Shown one piece after another: positions 34,331 through 47,107 of a stretch of DNA of 64,000 bases. Position 1 is the stretch's first letter. Each line of letters opens with the position of its first letter. The stretch is from Neodothiora populina (taxonomy: Eukaryota), in assembly GCF_041146345.1 (NCBI RefSeq), contig NW_027191406.1:1178001-1242000 (forward strand), given 5' to 3'. The notes beneath the pieces were generated by a model that was given only the letters and a program-made list of their open reading frames with translations, made no database searches and was not told the DNA's origin. Position numbers and translations under genes: made by a program.

Positions 34331-36805
34331 AGTGAATCAAATATGAAGAGGATAGGAGGTGAACAAGAGGAGCAAGTAGAAGAAGCACGAGACGTCAAAA
34401 GTGAAGGTGATAAGTATTGGTGCTGTTGATCAAGTAAGTGTGATCTACCAGCCACGTGCTCGATAAGAAGAAGAGGGGAAACGAAGGAGGGACAGTGCGA
34501 TGGGTGCGAGGTGGGATAAGTAAACGAGTGGGTCAGACACCTTCAGAAGAGGAAACAAAAGGTCTTTCGTGCAACGAGGAGGAGCCAAGAAGGCAGCGAA
34601 TTGACTTGCTGAAGGCTTGCGCTGGTGTATGGATAGCTGCAGAACGGCAAGTGAGTGGCAAACGCCGCTAAAGGAAATCAGACACACAGAATCGGAGACG
34701 GGCAGCACGGATTGCCAGATCGACGAAGTCAAACGAGGAAGATAAGCCCAAGGCGCAACAAGTGAGCGCTGAAATATTGATACAGGCCATACGGAAAGCG
34801 ACACGGTGCACAGCGCCAGCTCATTGCGACGATTTACCTAATCCTAGCGGCGAGGCCTAGCTGGTACTTGCTGATTTTCTCTACAATGTCCGAGACTCTA
34901 TATGCACAGTACCGCAGAATGCATCGATATCACAAGCAGACGTTGTTTTAGATGACCATAAGAGGCTGGCGAGAAAGTATAAACCGGACTAGGTCCCTGC
35001 ACGATCTAAGTCTTAGCGCTGGTGGCACAAATCCGCGCCAGTTCAGGCACGGCCACATGATTGGAACGTGTTCAGGGTAGCATGGGAGATATGACCTGTG
35101 TGTTTTTCCATGCACGTTCTCCAAGCAAACACTACGTGACGACAGTCCCAAATTATCGCTGCTTGTCATCATTTGCTATGGCAGATCATGATTAACGATT
35201 TTACCTTAGCTCATGGTCGACGAGACATGCAGTCGTCTACTTTCCCGGAGACTCGTTAGATTTTGAAACACTTCGAAGGTCGTTAGACAGTTGAAAAGCC
35301 GTCAAGACAAAGGGCTGCGAGTCCGTTATTCGGGACGCGGCTTCGCACCCTTCGCCTTGAACCAACCATTAGTCTTTCAGGTCTCCGCTTGCTATCGGAC
35401 AATTGGGGACGACGAGAACCCTGAGGATCAGCGGAAGGCTTTGCATGTAGTCATGGACTAGCGACCGCTTGCCGTGACACAGCGGACCAAGCTGGAAGTG
35501 CTCAATCTAAAACCACACATTACTGTTTGCAGCATACAGCACAATCGAATTGATCTAGCCTGGTTCTTCCTCATGCCTGTCGTTCCACAAGCCACTTTCC
35601 CCACAGCTGGAGGACAAGAATTTGGTAAAGTTGCGGGCTCCTTGAGAAGATCATTCTGGGTCGACCGAATATGGCAGCCCAGCAAGCCCCTTCAATATGA
35701 AACCTGAGAGCTTGTCGGAGTTTTTATTTCTACAGGAAACTTGCCACATGAATGCAGACGAGGCTGCACTTTTGTACGGTCACATATTCTTATACCCTGC
35801 CAGATGTATATGATTGGGTGTGGTCAATCGTAATCCTATGCCAGGAGACGTGCAGCTTCCACGCTAATAGTGTCACATAAGTGATTCTGATTCATCTCGC
35901 GATCTCTCGACGCGTTGACTGCCCAGCGCATAGATGAATGTTGATCTCGGGATATTCTTGGATTTGCCGACGAGAAACCCCCAAGGAGGTAAAGTCGAAG
36001 TGATGGTGGTCGAAGCGAGCCACCAGTCTAGTGCGAAGTCCCCACATGGTCAATAAAGTTCAGCCTTGGGCTGGCTCACGAACCTCGCCGAAGCAGATCA
36101 TCTGGGACCCCACTTGCTACTTATGCTTCCAGCGAAGAGGCTTTGAAAAACGTCTCAAGGTACACATGCGACTACCCATTGGTTGATCGACCCACAGGAT
36201 GGCATTGTGGCGTCTGTCTGACTTGATCAGGCATGAACAAGGTACCGTTCAGCGGCACGACAGACCATAACCTCTGGCCTACGCATGATATCGATTCGCG
36301 CAGTAATAATGTTACCGAGTGACCAGTGCTACATGGCCAGGTCTTAGCTCGGTGATGGACAGCCGGCGCTTTGGTGCGTCTATGATCTGACTATTAGCAT
36401 GCCTCTGCTTGGTACAGCGACCGGTCTCCTTGGTAAGTTCGTCACAAGTGCGCTGCGATGATTGTGCATACTACTAGTGACCTTCCCTCGTCTGGTCTTC
36501 CCTCATCCTTTCCTTGTGCATATCGCCGGCATACTATTCTACGTCACACAGACTCTCCTAATCGTTCTTCAACTACCCACTCTCGTTACCAATCACATTG
36601 ACAGTATAGCGTGCAGCGAGGCTGGTTCTTGATCATGCTTGTCAGCATATGTGCCCATTGAGATCTATTCCTTTGTTTGTATATATTGCCACGCCACATA
36701 GACAAAGCACGGCAGTTGGATTATCATCCCTGCACTCGAGGACGATCACGGTTCGAAGAAAAACATTGTCCCTGGCAGGACTTGACCTCGAAGTAACCTC
36801 ACCTC

Positions 36806-39065
36806 ATGTCAAGACCAGTTTCGCCGTTGGACGATGTCTCGTCTATAATCATAAGTGACATAGACGACCAAGACTATCCAACCGACTACACAACTCCATC
36901 TTCCATAGACTCGCTACATGAGGAAGTATGTACGGATGAGGTCGAGGAGTTTAGAGATCGGGAGTATCCACAATTAAAGGGTATATACACTGCATAGACC
37001 GTCGCGTACTACATACTGAATTATTATCATAGGAAAGACATATCTTGATCATGGCGGGACTACGCTGTATGCGAAATCTCTCATGGAGCAATTCTCTGCG
37101 GACATGATCAGTAATCTATATGGGAATCCTCATTCAGCCTCGACGCCTTCTGCTTTTGCAGGGCACCGAATCGATGCTATTCGATACCGCGCTCTTCGAT
37201 TCTTCAATGCTGATCCGGAGGATTGGGATCTTGTTTTCACCGCTAACGCCACGGCCTCCATCAAGCTGGTGATGGAATGCTTTCGCGACCATGCAGCTAC
37301 GAGTAATACTCCCGTGTGGTACGGATACCACAAAGACTCTCACACCAGCGTAGTCGGCGCGAGAGAGGCGACCAAGACGCACCGATGCTTCGCAAGCGAT
37401 CAAGAAGTAGACACGTGGATCAACAGCGGAGGGCTAGGAGGACCTCGAGCAAGACAACTGGGCCTCTTTGCATATCCTGGGCAGTCGAACATGACAGGCA
37501 GAAGGTTGCCAACCAGCTGGCCTGGGAGAATTCGAAAAACCTTCCACAAAGCCGCAACCTATACTCTACTTGACGCTGCAGCGTTAGCAAGTACGGCGGT
37601 ACTGGATCTGGGGAATACCTCGACGGCACCGGATTTTGTTGCGCTCAGTTTCTACAAGATCTTCGGCTTTCCTAATGTCGGCGCCCTTCTGGTCCAGAAA
37701 CAGTCACAACACGTTTTGAAAGATCGCGCCTATTTCGGAGGCGGCACGGTCGACATGGTCATCGATATCAACGATGCATGGCACGCCAAAAAGGGCTCGT
37801 CTCTGCATGATAGGCTTGAAGATGGCACTCTTCCATTTCATTCGATAATTGCACTTGACCACGCCATGGACGTGCACGAGCGACTCTACGGCGTCAATCC
37901 GATGAAATTCATTTCCATGCATACTGCAAGACTCAGCAAACTGATGTATGAGGGACTGGCTGGGCTCAAGCATAGGAACGGTGCAGCAGTTGCGCGCATC
38001 TACAAAGACGATCAAACAGTATATGGAGATCCCACGGTCCAAGGAGCGACGATCGCTCTCAATGTCATGCGGGCGGACGGTACGATGGTCGGGTACGCAG
38101 ACGTCGAAGAGGCCGCTGACGACAGGAACATTTATGTCCGCAGCGGAAGTCTGTGTAACCCGGGCGGTGTCGCGTCGTACCTGAATTGGACGCCCGCAGA
38201 GATGAGAGCTGCATTTCAGGCCGGACACCGCTGCAGCCATCCTACCCAGGTCATGTTTGGCAAAGCCACCGGAGTCGTGCGTGTGAGCATGGGTGCCATG
38301 AGCACCATCGCAGACGTCGACGCCTTTTTAGACTTTATCAGGGATACGTATCTGGACACGGTCAGTGCAGGTCTGATCGCTACACCATCTGCCCAGACGT
38401 CGGCGAGCCAATCTGACATGACTCGATCTGGGGCAATGACTCCAGACCTGGGGCAAGCACGAAATGCCTTGACGACTTCGAGCTCAAATTACTCGAGATC
38501 AACTTCTAGGATGTCAAGCAGAGGACCATCTATACTTTCGCCGAGGGCGACGTCTTTTGCAAGTCGAGGAACAGACACGACAACCACAGCTTTACCGTCC
38601 GCACCACACGATCGGAATGATGTGGCTAGTCCATCTCCACCGGCAAGTGACACACGCTCTTCCGATCGATCGTCTCGGAACGGACAACTGAAAGGTGTCG
38701 CAGACGTGTCACATGTCGTGCGACAGTCTCACCAAAAGGGCACGCTGCAGGGCGGGGGAAGCGGCCTTTCTAGCTCAATGGAAATTAAAGTTCACGAACA
38801 CAGCAGACGCCACGGTGATGCCAATAGCGTCAACAGCAGCAGTAACAGGCGCCATGGGGATGGTAGCAGCGTCACCAGCAGCAAAGAAGACGAGAAGATT
38901 CAGAGGATCCAAGCCAACATGATGGCAGCTGGTCTTCTTCCCGCACCGCTTCCGCCCAAGGTGGGGGGTAGCGTCAAAAGCAGGAAAGGCTTGGGACTAC
39001 GAGGGTTCTTGCACCGTCGAGGTCACGAACAACAGCAAAATGCGTCGAGTCCAGGTGTCGGATAA
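36806..39065 (+). CDS. Molybdenum cofactor sulfurase-like PLP-dependent enzyme (aminotransferase class V/NifS-like domain only) with low-complexity C-tail (~735 aa)
   Basis: Exons 36806-36980 and 37033-39065. YLDHGGTTLY, GNPHS, FTANATAS, LLDAA, PLP-lysine motif SFYKIFGFP, RSGSLCNPGG, VRVSMGAMS. No MOSC domain recognised. Confidence 0.88.
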
Positions 39066-40293
39066 TATTTTTGTTCTACCAACATTGTCCAAACACAGAC
39101 GGAACTGTCTCGCTCCCCTCGGCTGAAGTCGACGACAACCCATTCTCTTGGACATATACGAAACAGTTTTCCTTTCTCTCTCCCTCACTACCACTACTAC
39201 ACACTTGGGTCGGCCTTTTCGTTTATCAGACGCTCACGCGATCCAAAATACCCAATTGCTTTTCACTGCGAAACACCCATCATTCATACAACATATCTCT
39301 TATATCACCGCCTTCTCTCTTTCTGTCATCTAGGTACGCCGTCGAGGAACATGGCTCGGAATGGGAGGTCCCTTTGTCCTTTTTTCTTTCCTTTCCTTTC
39401 GCTCTTGTCGAGTATCCAGTCTCACCTGTCTTTCTTTTGCTTGTCTTGTCTCGTGTATGTATGGAAATCCCATGTCTCTGTCAGTCTCCTAGTCCGTTGT
39501 TGTTCCGTTTCACTTGTGCATAGAGACTCGAGAAGAGAGAATCATCCTTTGTACATAACATCTGGTTCGCCTCATGACTACCGGGCTGAATGTTGGTCCA
39601 CTAATGAAGTTAGTGCGGTCGCAGATGTAAGGCGCAAATGGGGATTGAACGAAAAGAGCGGGAATGCATCTCGTCAACAGCTCAACCAGAAGCCGGACAA
39701 AGAGCCTGAAGTAAGCATAGGCACCAAAACTCCATGCTTAAGGAATAGGGGATTGCGGGGAGAGTGGACATGAGGTAAACAGCACAATTTGAATAACATG
39801 TTACTACAATGCTACCATCACCCTTTGGTTTCCATCCGTTGGTACTAATCGTGCGATGGAAAAGAGAAAGCAAGAACAGAAAGGAAAAAAAAGCCACTAC
39901 TAGGATTTTCCCAGGCAGACCTAATGTCACGTTGACATGAACACAGTCATACCATCTAACCACTGTGAAAGTATTGGTGCCGAGTAAAGGTGACAGAAAC
40001 CGCGTACTGAGGAATGCGAACATTTTGAGACGGATGGGTGCGACCCTGTCTACTTATCGACGCATTTGATTCCCTGCCTTGTTCCACCTACCGTACAGTA
40101 GCTCCATACGAGGACTATGCTGTACTGTGCTGGACTTTCTCTAGTGGGCGTCTTTGGTCTTGCCTCTTAGCATCGGGGTGATGAACACGAGAGGTATCAA
40201 CACGTCGAGTCCTAGTGTCTGGTTTCCGACTTTCAAGCCTTGATATCGTCAGAGTTGAAGAAGAGGATAGCAAAAACAACGTTTCATGCAGTA

Positions 40294-40560
40294 GTGGCGT
40301 CCGCGCGGGACAACCATGGACCTGTGTATCATAGGTCATTAGAGAGAAAAGAAAGAGAGGCTGCACGCAATGGCGCTATCCGCGTAGGACAATCGCATTC
40401 AGTATAGCTTGGTAGAGTACAGTAGAGCACAGTGCAGTGCAGTACAGTGCAGCATAACAAGACATAATATGCTATACAAGTAATACACTTGAAGTAAAGG
40501 CAGAGACAAAAGAAAGGCTCCACGCAGTGGCGCTGTCCGCGTAGGACGAACGTATGCAGC
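40294..40560. repeat. Imperfect direct repeats (two ~60-nt copies plus one partial) and a CAGTR pentamer array downstream of NCR1
   Basis: 40341-40402 versus 40501-40560 share AAAAGAAAG..GGCT.CACGCA.TGGCGCT.TCCGCGTAGGAC; partial copy at 40294-40313; pentamers at about 40413-40452. Confidence 0.75.
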
Positions 40561-40674
40561 AGGGCAGGCATATTACAGTACGACAAGTTATGGTCTGCTA
40601 CTGTACACGATTCCATTAACCCTTCTCTCCTTTCTTTTCCCTTCACATGATCATAAAAACAAAGAGCACACAAA

Positions 40675-43600
40675 TCAATACTCGTCGGAATCATACTCCT
40701 CATCAGGCAACAGCGCCCTGAACCTCCTACTGTTCAGGTCCCGCTCGAGACCCCCATTGCCATTGCCATCAATACCGCCGCCCTCGGACGAGCCCTCGAG
40801 GTATCCCCTGCCGCCGAAGAAACTCAGCGCCACAGGCAAAAACACAAGGGCATGCAGAGCAGCCCAGACAACCAGGGCGAGCCAGACGCGGAAGTAGTAG
40901 ACCTCGAAGATCTTGCTCTTTGTGAAGGCCAGCACGAAGACGCCAAGGAGTTTCGTTACCGTGATGCCAGAGAACACGGAGCTGCCGACGTTGACCAGAG
41001 CGGCCCAGGCACGGGCGTCTTTGCCTCGGAACGTGCTCGTGCGTTCGAGCAGCGACAATGACGGAACGGTGAATGCGCGGGCGATGTGGGCGCAGAACTC
41101 GACGCTTATTCCGACCGAGATGATCAAGTTGACTAGACTGACGGCGTTCAGAGACACGCCCATCAGAGACATGGTGCCAATGATGTCGATGACAATCATG
41201 GTGACCGTCACCGTCACCGTCATGGCCGTGGCCAAAGACCCAAGAAGCAGAGAACTGATCAGCAGAATAAACGCCAGAGCAGACCCGATCAATGCAGTCG
41301 ACAGATGAACAATGCTGACGTATTGGTCGAAGAAAATGTAAAACTTGCTGTATGGGAAGACCTCGACGCCGGTGTGTTCTTTGATGTCTGAGCTGATCCG
41401 TCTGGCGCTCTGGTAGGCAGCAATGAAGTCAGACTGGCTGCGTAGTGGGGTGTGGCTAGTCCTGAAGTGAGACGCCGGAATTGACAGCGAAGAGTTGTCG
41501 ATGACAAGGGCGTTTCCGTACGCTGCTTTGCCTGCCAGAGGACAATCCGCGTTCGTAGGTGCCTCGATCCAACGTTCGAGATACGAAACAAACTCTTGTC
41601 CTTCAGGCATACCGTGGAGCGTGGCGTTCCATGCAGGGTCACGGTCGGCGAAGCAGGCAGTGGAGCCGTCGATACAACAATCAAGCTCTGGGTTCAGCCA
41701 GAACAAAAACTCGTCTATCCAGCTAGCTGTGGCATCGGCAATGTAAGACGTCTCTGGTCGCTTGCGCTCCTGCTCCAGTATGTTTGTCAGAGAAAAAGTC
41801 TGGCAAGTGGAGAAACGACTGCACAACTCCTGTTGACGCACCCGGGCTGTTGCATTAAGGTCTTTGGTGACAAAATAGACTGGCGGCCCGGCCTCAAAGT
41901 AATCGTACAGGTCGTCGAAATACTTGATAAGATACGAGTCGGACGGGATAGCGATGCGCTGATCCAGACCCAGCTCGACATGAGGCAACAGCGCAATGCC
42001 AGCGGTGAACAGACCGAGGAAGACAGTCATGATGGCAGTCTTGGTCTTCTTGCCGAGGAGGGCAGGTGCATAGGTGACACGGATGAAACGTTGTAGACTT
42101 CCCTCTTCCTCGACGCCAGACATGACGCTGAAGCCATCGCCGAGCATAGACGTACGGCGATTCGCGCCGACCTTGACGCAAGGGAAGCAATCGGCGCGAC
42201 CGGCCTCGACTCTGCGCTGGTTCAAGGCAAGAACAGAGATGAACATGGTGATCTGCAGCAGAGCATTGATGAAGACCGCACCAGCAGCGTACGCGGCGAA
42301 GTTGCGCACAGCCGGCATACCGACAGCGGCACCGAGTGCGAAGGCGACGGTCTCGGTACTGGCTGAAAGCAAGATACTCGGACCCATGCGGCCGAGAGCT
42401 CTGCCGACACGCTCGCTCACGGGCTCATCGGCATGGCTGATGTTGACGCGCTCGAACTCGTGGACGATGAGGAAAATGTTGTCGACACCGACGGCGAGAA
42501 CCAAGAACGGAATGACCTCGGCGATGATCAGAGTCGCTTTGACTCCGAGTGCGGCGAAAAGACCGACAGATGCGGAGACAGACATGAGGACAACGAGGAT
42601 TCCGACAACACCAAGCATGAACTTGGAGCGCACCAGAGCAGTACCGGGGTTGTTCAGCACATCTCTCACGGTCAGAGTGGTGGCACCAAGGGCCAAGGAA
42701 GCGTAGATGAACATGATGATGTAGCTGACGGCGACGATTTTGGCGTCAGTGTTGGTGGACTTGTTCAGCTCTTCCTCGAGACTGATCTCGGTGTTGAAGG
42801 ACAAGCGCAGTCCTCGCTCGCGCGCTTCGTCTTGGACGGTCAACAGCAAGTCCTTCATGCTCTGCTCCCACGCCATGGCTCGCTCGAGCTCAAAGGTGCC
42901 CTCGGAGGGGTTGTTGACGACCCAGGTGATGACGATGGCCTCGGCCTCGCTGACGCTCGAGTTGTATCCACCAAAGAGAAGACGAGGGTTCAGAGGGAGC
43001 TGGAAGTCAGGCAGGCAGTTGACGGGCTGTTCGGCACAGGCCTCAAGGTCCTCGGCCCAAGTATCCGGGTCGACGAGATCAACCTCTCCGCCAAAGTAGC
43101 CGGTGAGGGACTGAACGACACAAGCATCCCCGGTAGGCTTGTAGCAGACATCATCGAGGGTGTAGCCGCCATCGAGCGACTTGATGCGCTGCACGCGACT
43201 CTCCACATCGAACCACCACTGCAAGGTGTCGTAGGTCAAAACGGGCCCAGGACCAGAGGGCCGAGTGTCGTTGACGAGGAAGGCCTGCTCGGCTCGGTAG
43301 AAGGGACCGAAGTTCTCGTCGAAGAAAGCCTTCTCGCGGGCGGCGTCGGAGTTTGGAGAAACCCAGAGCTTGACAGGGTCCGTCTCCACGGCGAAACGGA
43401 GCCATCCCAGACTGAGCAGGCCAACGATGACGACCGAGGTGCCGATGGTGAGGGCGGGGAAACGGGCAGCGGTACGGCCGAGATGGGAGAAGGCGCGGTC
43501 GCAGATGGTGTTTAGACGAAGGATCTTCTGCGGCTTGTCCAGCATACCAGCGTGGTGCACGATGTCGCCCTCGTCCTCGTCGTCGCTGGGCGGAGAGTCT

Positions 43601-44538
43601 TGCAGCAACCTCAGACGCTCGCTCTTGCTCCTGCTGTGTTTGGCATAGGCGACGTGTCCGGTGACAGCAACGACGAGAAGAGCCAGGAAGACCGAGTAGA
43701 TGACGATGACGGCAAAAGACAAGCAGGGCAGGACACCGACATGGCACTCCTGCGTCTCCTTGACCGCAGGTAATGCGGGACACGAGGACTCGCAGTCGAC
43801 GCAGGCGCACCGGTATTTCTCGTCGGTGCTGTTGCAGGGATAGGCGTCCAGCTTCCTCGGCTCCATGCCTGGAAAGTCTCCGGGGCTCGGCATGGGAAAG
43901 TCGATCTGGAAGGGACTGCCAAAGGGCTTCTTGTCTCCCAGGAACTTGAGGAATTGTGTGTAATTCTTTGCTCCTCCACCGATCAGGTCCATCGCTCTTC
44001 CTCCAGTGGCGCCGACCTTGACATCCTTGCAGCTGTTGTAGAAGCCCGAGCCGTAGTCTGCGGAGACGAGGTGGTCGAGCTGGGTGACGAGCAGCTTGTC
44101 GCCCTTGGGGGCCGTGTTGGTGACATTGACAAAGAGGGACTGGTCGGGAGAGCAGGTAAAGGTGCAGAAGAGGTTGAAGAAGTTCTCCTTGCAGGCGGGA
44201 CAGGCAGAGATCAGAGGTTCTGCGCGTTTGAGGTTCGAGCCGAGGGCGTCGAGTTGCTCGTTTGTGCAGCAGACGTCGCTGTGCTGCCACTTGTCGCCGC
44301 AGGTTCCCACGAGCTTGGTGCGTAAGTCGGCGTCTGGTGTGTCTGCGAGGCCGTTGTCTGGACAGGGCAGCTCGGAGCCAAAGAAGCCCTGTTTGCCGCA
44401 GTGGCCGCGGATCGCACACCTTCCCGCCTCGTGTTTCTCTGTCCATCCACCCGCAGCAGCTGCCGTCGTTGAGCCAGGAACAGCAGCGCCGAGACTCAGC
44501 AGCGACAGCGCTCCTCCCAGTGAGACTTTGGGCAGCAT
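40675..44538 (-). CDS. NCR1: Niemann-Pick C1-like sterol transporter (patched/RND family), intronless, 1287 aa
   Basis: Signal peptide, Cys-rich NTD (CPACKENFFNLFCTFTCSPDQS), ETDPVKLW, sterol-sensing domain (EVIPFLVLAVGVDNIF), GPPVYFV, GISVEFCAH. Confidence 0.97.
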   Translation of the reverse strand: MLPKVSLGGALSLLSLGAAVPGSTTAAAAGGWTEKHEAGRCAIRGHCGKQGFFGSELPCPDNGLADTPDADLRTKLVGTCGDKWQHSDVCCTNEQLDALGSNLKRAEPLISACPACKENFFNLFCTFTCSPDQSLFVNVTNTAPKGDKLLVTQLDHLVSADYGSGFYNSCKDVKVGATGGRAMDLIGGGAKNYTQFLKFLGDKKPFGSPFQIDFPMPSPGDFPGMEPRKLDAYPCNSTDEKYRCACVDCESSCPALPAVKETQECHVGVLPCLSFAVIVIYSVFLALLVVAVTGHVAYAKHSRSKSERLRLLQDSPPSDDEDEGDIVHHAGMLDKPQKILRLNTICDRAFSHLGRTAARFPALTIGTSVVIVGLLSLGWLRFAVETDPVKLWVSPNSDAAREKAFFDENFGPFYRAEQAFLVNDTRPSGPGPVLTYDTLQWWFDVESRVQRIKSLDGGYTLDDVCYKPTGDACVVQSLTGYFGGEVDLVDPDTWAEDLEACAEQPVNCLPDFQLPLNPRLLFGGYNSSVSEAEAIVITWVVNNPSEGTFELERAMAWEQSMKDLLLTVQDEARERGLRLSFNTEISLEEELNKSTNTDAKIVAVSYIIMFIYASLALGATTLTVRDVLNNPGTALVRSKFMLGVVGILVVLMSVSASVGLFAALGVKATLIIAEVIPFLVLAVGVDNIFLIVHEFERVNISHADEPVSERVGRALGRMGPSILLSASTETVAFALGAAVGMPAVRNFAAYAAGAVFINALLQITMFISVLALNQRRVEAGRADCFPCVKVGANRRTSMLGDGFSVMSGVEEEGSLQRFIRVTYAPALLGKKTKTAIMTVFLGLFTAGIALLPHVELGLDQRIAIPSDSYLIKYFDDLYDYFEAGPPVYFVTKDLNATARVRQQELCSRFSTCQTFSLTNILEQERKRPETSYIADATASWIDEFLFWLNPELDCCIDGSTACFADRDPAWNATLHGMPEGQEFVSYLERWIEAPTNADCPLAGKAAYGNALVIDNSSLSIPASHFRTSHTPLRSQSDFIAAYQSARRISSDIKEHTGVEVFPYSKFYIFFDQYVSIVHLSTALIGSALAFILLISSLLLGSLATAMTVTVTVTMIVIDIIGTMSLMGVSLNAVSLVNLIISVGISVEFCAHIARAFTVPSLSLLERTSTFRGKDARAWAALVNVGSSVFSGITVTKLLGVFVLAFTKSKIFEVYYFRVWLALVVWAALHALVFLPVALSFFGGRGYLEGSSEGGGIDGNGNGGLERDLNSRRFRALLPDEEYDSDEY

Positions 44539-45193
44539 CTTTGCGATTTGTTGTTCTTGTTCTTGTCACCGGCTCTTGCCCTTCTTCTTGCTGCTGCCTA
44601 GCGAGAGTCGGGAGTGGCGACACGCGAAGCTGTACAGAGACCGTGTGTCTTCTTTTCGATTCAATGCCTTCGAGTGATCGTATCGAGTCTTCTAGCAGCG
44701 GTAGGAGTGGTAGTGGCGGTGATGGCGTCGTGGTAGAGCCACCGTCGTCGTCGTCGTCGTCGTCGTTCAGTCGGGGGGTATATGGGCGGATCACTCGTTC
44801 GTCAAGCTCAAACCATCGAGGTTACAGAGCTAGAGGATCCCGGTCTGGCTTCGAGTACACGAGAGATGCAAAAATCTACTCTCGAAGATGGAGATTGTAT
44901 GGAGATTGAGGTGGTGGTAATGTCGTTGCCTCTCTCCAACAGAGTCGGACGACCGAACCCCATCCTCCAGCTTCGGCCGTTTCTGTGCGCCTGCCGTGCC
45001 GTGACGTATCGACCGTCGTTCCTTCCTTGTTACCTTATGTCCGGAGAGAACCAAAGGAGCATGGGCCATTTCCCCATCTTCTACACCAAATACACCAATT
45101 TACCTCCACAGTACCTGGAACATGACATGTTTACATGATTAAGGCACGGTTTGGTCAAGGTATACATGGTCATGGTACTGCGTTTGTAAATCG

Positions 45194-45210
45194 ATATATA
45201 TATATATATA
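45194..45210. repeat. (AT)n microsatellite
   Basis: atatatatatatatata downstream of the LSB5 stop. Confidence 0.85.
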
Positions 45211-45349
45211 CATATAAATCGTCGAGTATAGACATCTGCACTCACACACTGATACCATCCAAGCTCATCATGCCTTTCGTCCTTGTCCGTTCGTTATGAT
45301 CACGCTCCTGCCCTCTTCTTCCCTACCGACTGCAAGACTGTCGTCGTGC

Positions 45350-47107
45350 TCAAACATCCTTCCACGTCATGCCCTTACGCTCTACACGATGACTGTCCCC
45401 GAACGGATCATCGTCTTCGTCCTCCTCGGGCTCTGACTCGCTCTCCAGCTCGTCGTAATCCACTTGTGGCGCCGGCACGGCCTTTGGCGCTGCAGGTCTG
45501 GGGGGTTTCGGTGGTGCTGCTTCGGCCTGATCACTGAGACTCAGTCCCGCGAGCTGTGACGCCGCGCTGTTACCTCCTCCACCGCCGCTCTTCTGCGCAG
45601 CCTCGAATTTGGCCGCCGCAATATAGTCTTCCGCCGATGGCCGCTCCCATCCGTCGCTGTCGCTGTCTTCCTCGAGACTCTTGTCCATGATCTCGTAGCT
45701 CGTGAGCGCCTTGACCAATTCGTCATTGGCAGACAACAGACTGCCGATCCAGTCATCGCTCTCCACCAGCTGGATATACCGAAGCACCTGACGTCGCAGT
45801 TGCTTGCAGTTCTCGAATCGCTTGACAACTTCTGCATTGTCCGACACCCGCTCGCTCTCTCGATTGATGAGCTGCAATGCGTTCAACAGACTCGTGCTCG
45901 ATACTGATGCTGCCGCAAGCGTCTGCATGATCTGCGGCTTCTCCCTTTCCAGGTTGAACTTGGCGCGTTTGTCTTTCTTCGCCTTGCTTTTGCTAGCCGA
46001 CGATCCGAAGAACGGCGCAGAAGACAGAGAGATGGGCCGAGAGGACGAGCTTGATGGTGTCACTTTCGACGAGGATCGAGATCGTCCTTTGGGTGTTTGT
46101 GCAGGCGGAGGTGTCGGTGCTTCCTCCTCAGGCTCGGGCGATGGGTCACGGAGTGGGTTGTCGGGGTCGTGGGCATCTGCTTCCGTCTCACGAAGCACTT
46201 TGGACTGAGACTGCGGCGCTCTCTTCTTCTGAGGCAGCTGCTTGTACAATGTCGCAATCTGCTGTAGTCCCGGCGTGTCCTTGTATGCTACTGCCCACTG
46301 TCGGAACAGCACGTTGCACTTGTCGCGTACCTGCCGGTCTACCATGTCATCCCTGGGCATAACTCGAAGTCGCTCCAGTAATGGTTCATCCGCGAAGCCC
46401 TTCTGGAATCGTCCGCCCGCATTCTGGATCAGCCCATCGAGGATGACTAGGGCCCGGATCTGTCGATGCGGGTTGCCATACTTGCTTGTCCCGAGTTAGC
46501 ATTGTCACAGAAGATGATGATCGTTGCGAGACCCTACAGTTTCTTACGAATCGCCCTAGCAGCCTCCGTGGGTCCAGAAGCTTGGATGCGGATAACCTCG
46601 ATCAGATCAATGATGCCACTGAAATCTTCTTCTTCGAATTGCTCGCTGGTCAAGCGCTCGATTTGCACTGTCACAGCCGAATATGGCTTTCGCTAATCAT
46701 TCCACATCCTAACTTAGTCTTCTCTTCATATAACGCATGTAACAAACAGGACAAGTGATTCCATATCGTGATAGACGGCAAGGTAGAGCGTATGTTTTCT
46801 TCTTCTTTGGAGCGGAAGGACTTCCGGCGTTGGAGCTCGTATATCTCCATGGTCCATCACGATTATGTTGCCTCTCCCAGTACCTGCCATCGCCTGGCGT
46901 CGAAAGCCTGTTCTGGCTTGTCGCGAGCTCGGCGGGGTCGTATGGGCATGGATACGACATACACTTCCGTAAGAAGTTCATGGTGATGGAAGCGCACTGA
47001 CCGCAGGAGAATACTCAAGAGGGATGATGTGGCATGGGCAAGGACAGATATAGCAAGGCGAAAGGGCTGAATGAGCTAAGGAAACGTACCGACGAGCTAC
47101 TCAACAT
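45350..47107 (-). CDS. LSB5: VHS-GAT endocytic adaptor, Lsb5-like (~435 aa)
   Basis: Exons 47107-47090 (MLSSSS), 46692-46538 (RKPYSAVTVQIERLTSE...EAARAIRKKL) and 46484-45350 (KYGNPHRQIRAL..., GAT region LRRQVLRYIQLVE...LLSANDEL, C-terminal DPF). The first micro-exon is inferred from phase. Confidence 0.85.

Noticed and set aside
42433..44794. Long ORFs overlapping NCR1 (360 aa antisense; 547 aa same strand, other frame)
   Set aside because: Expected from GC-rich codon bias; the 547-aa ORF starts at GTG and is low-complexity Arg-rich.
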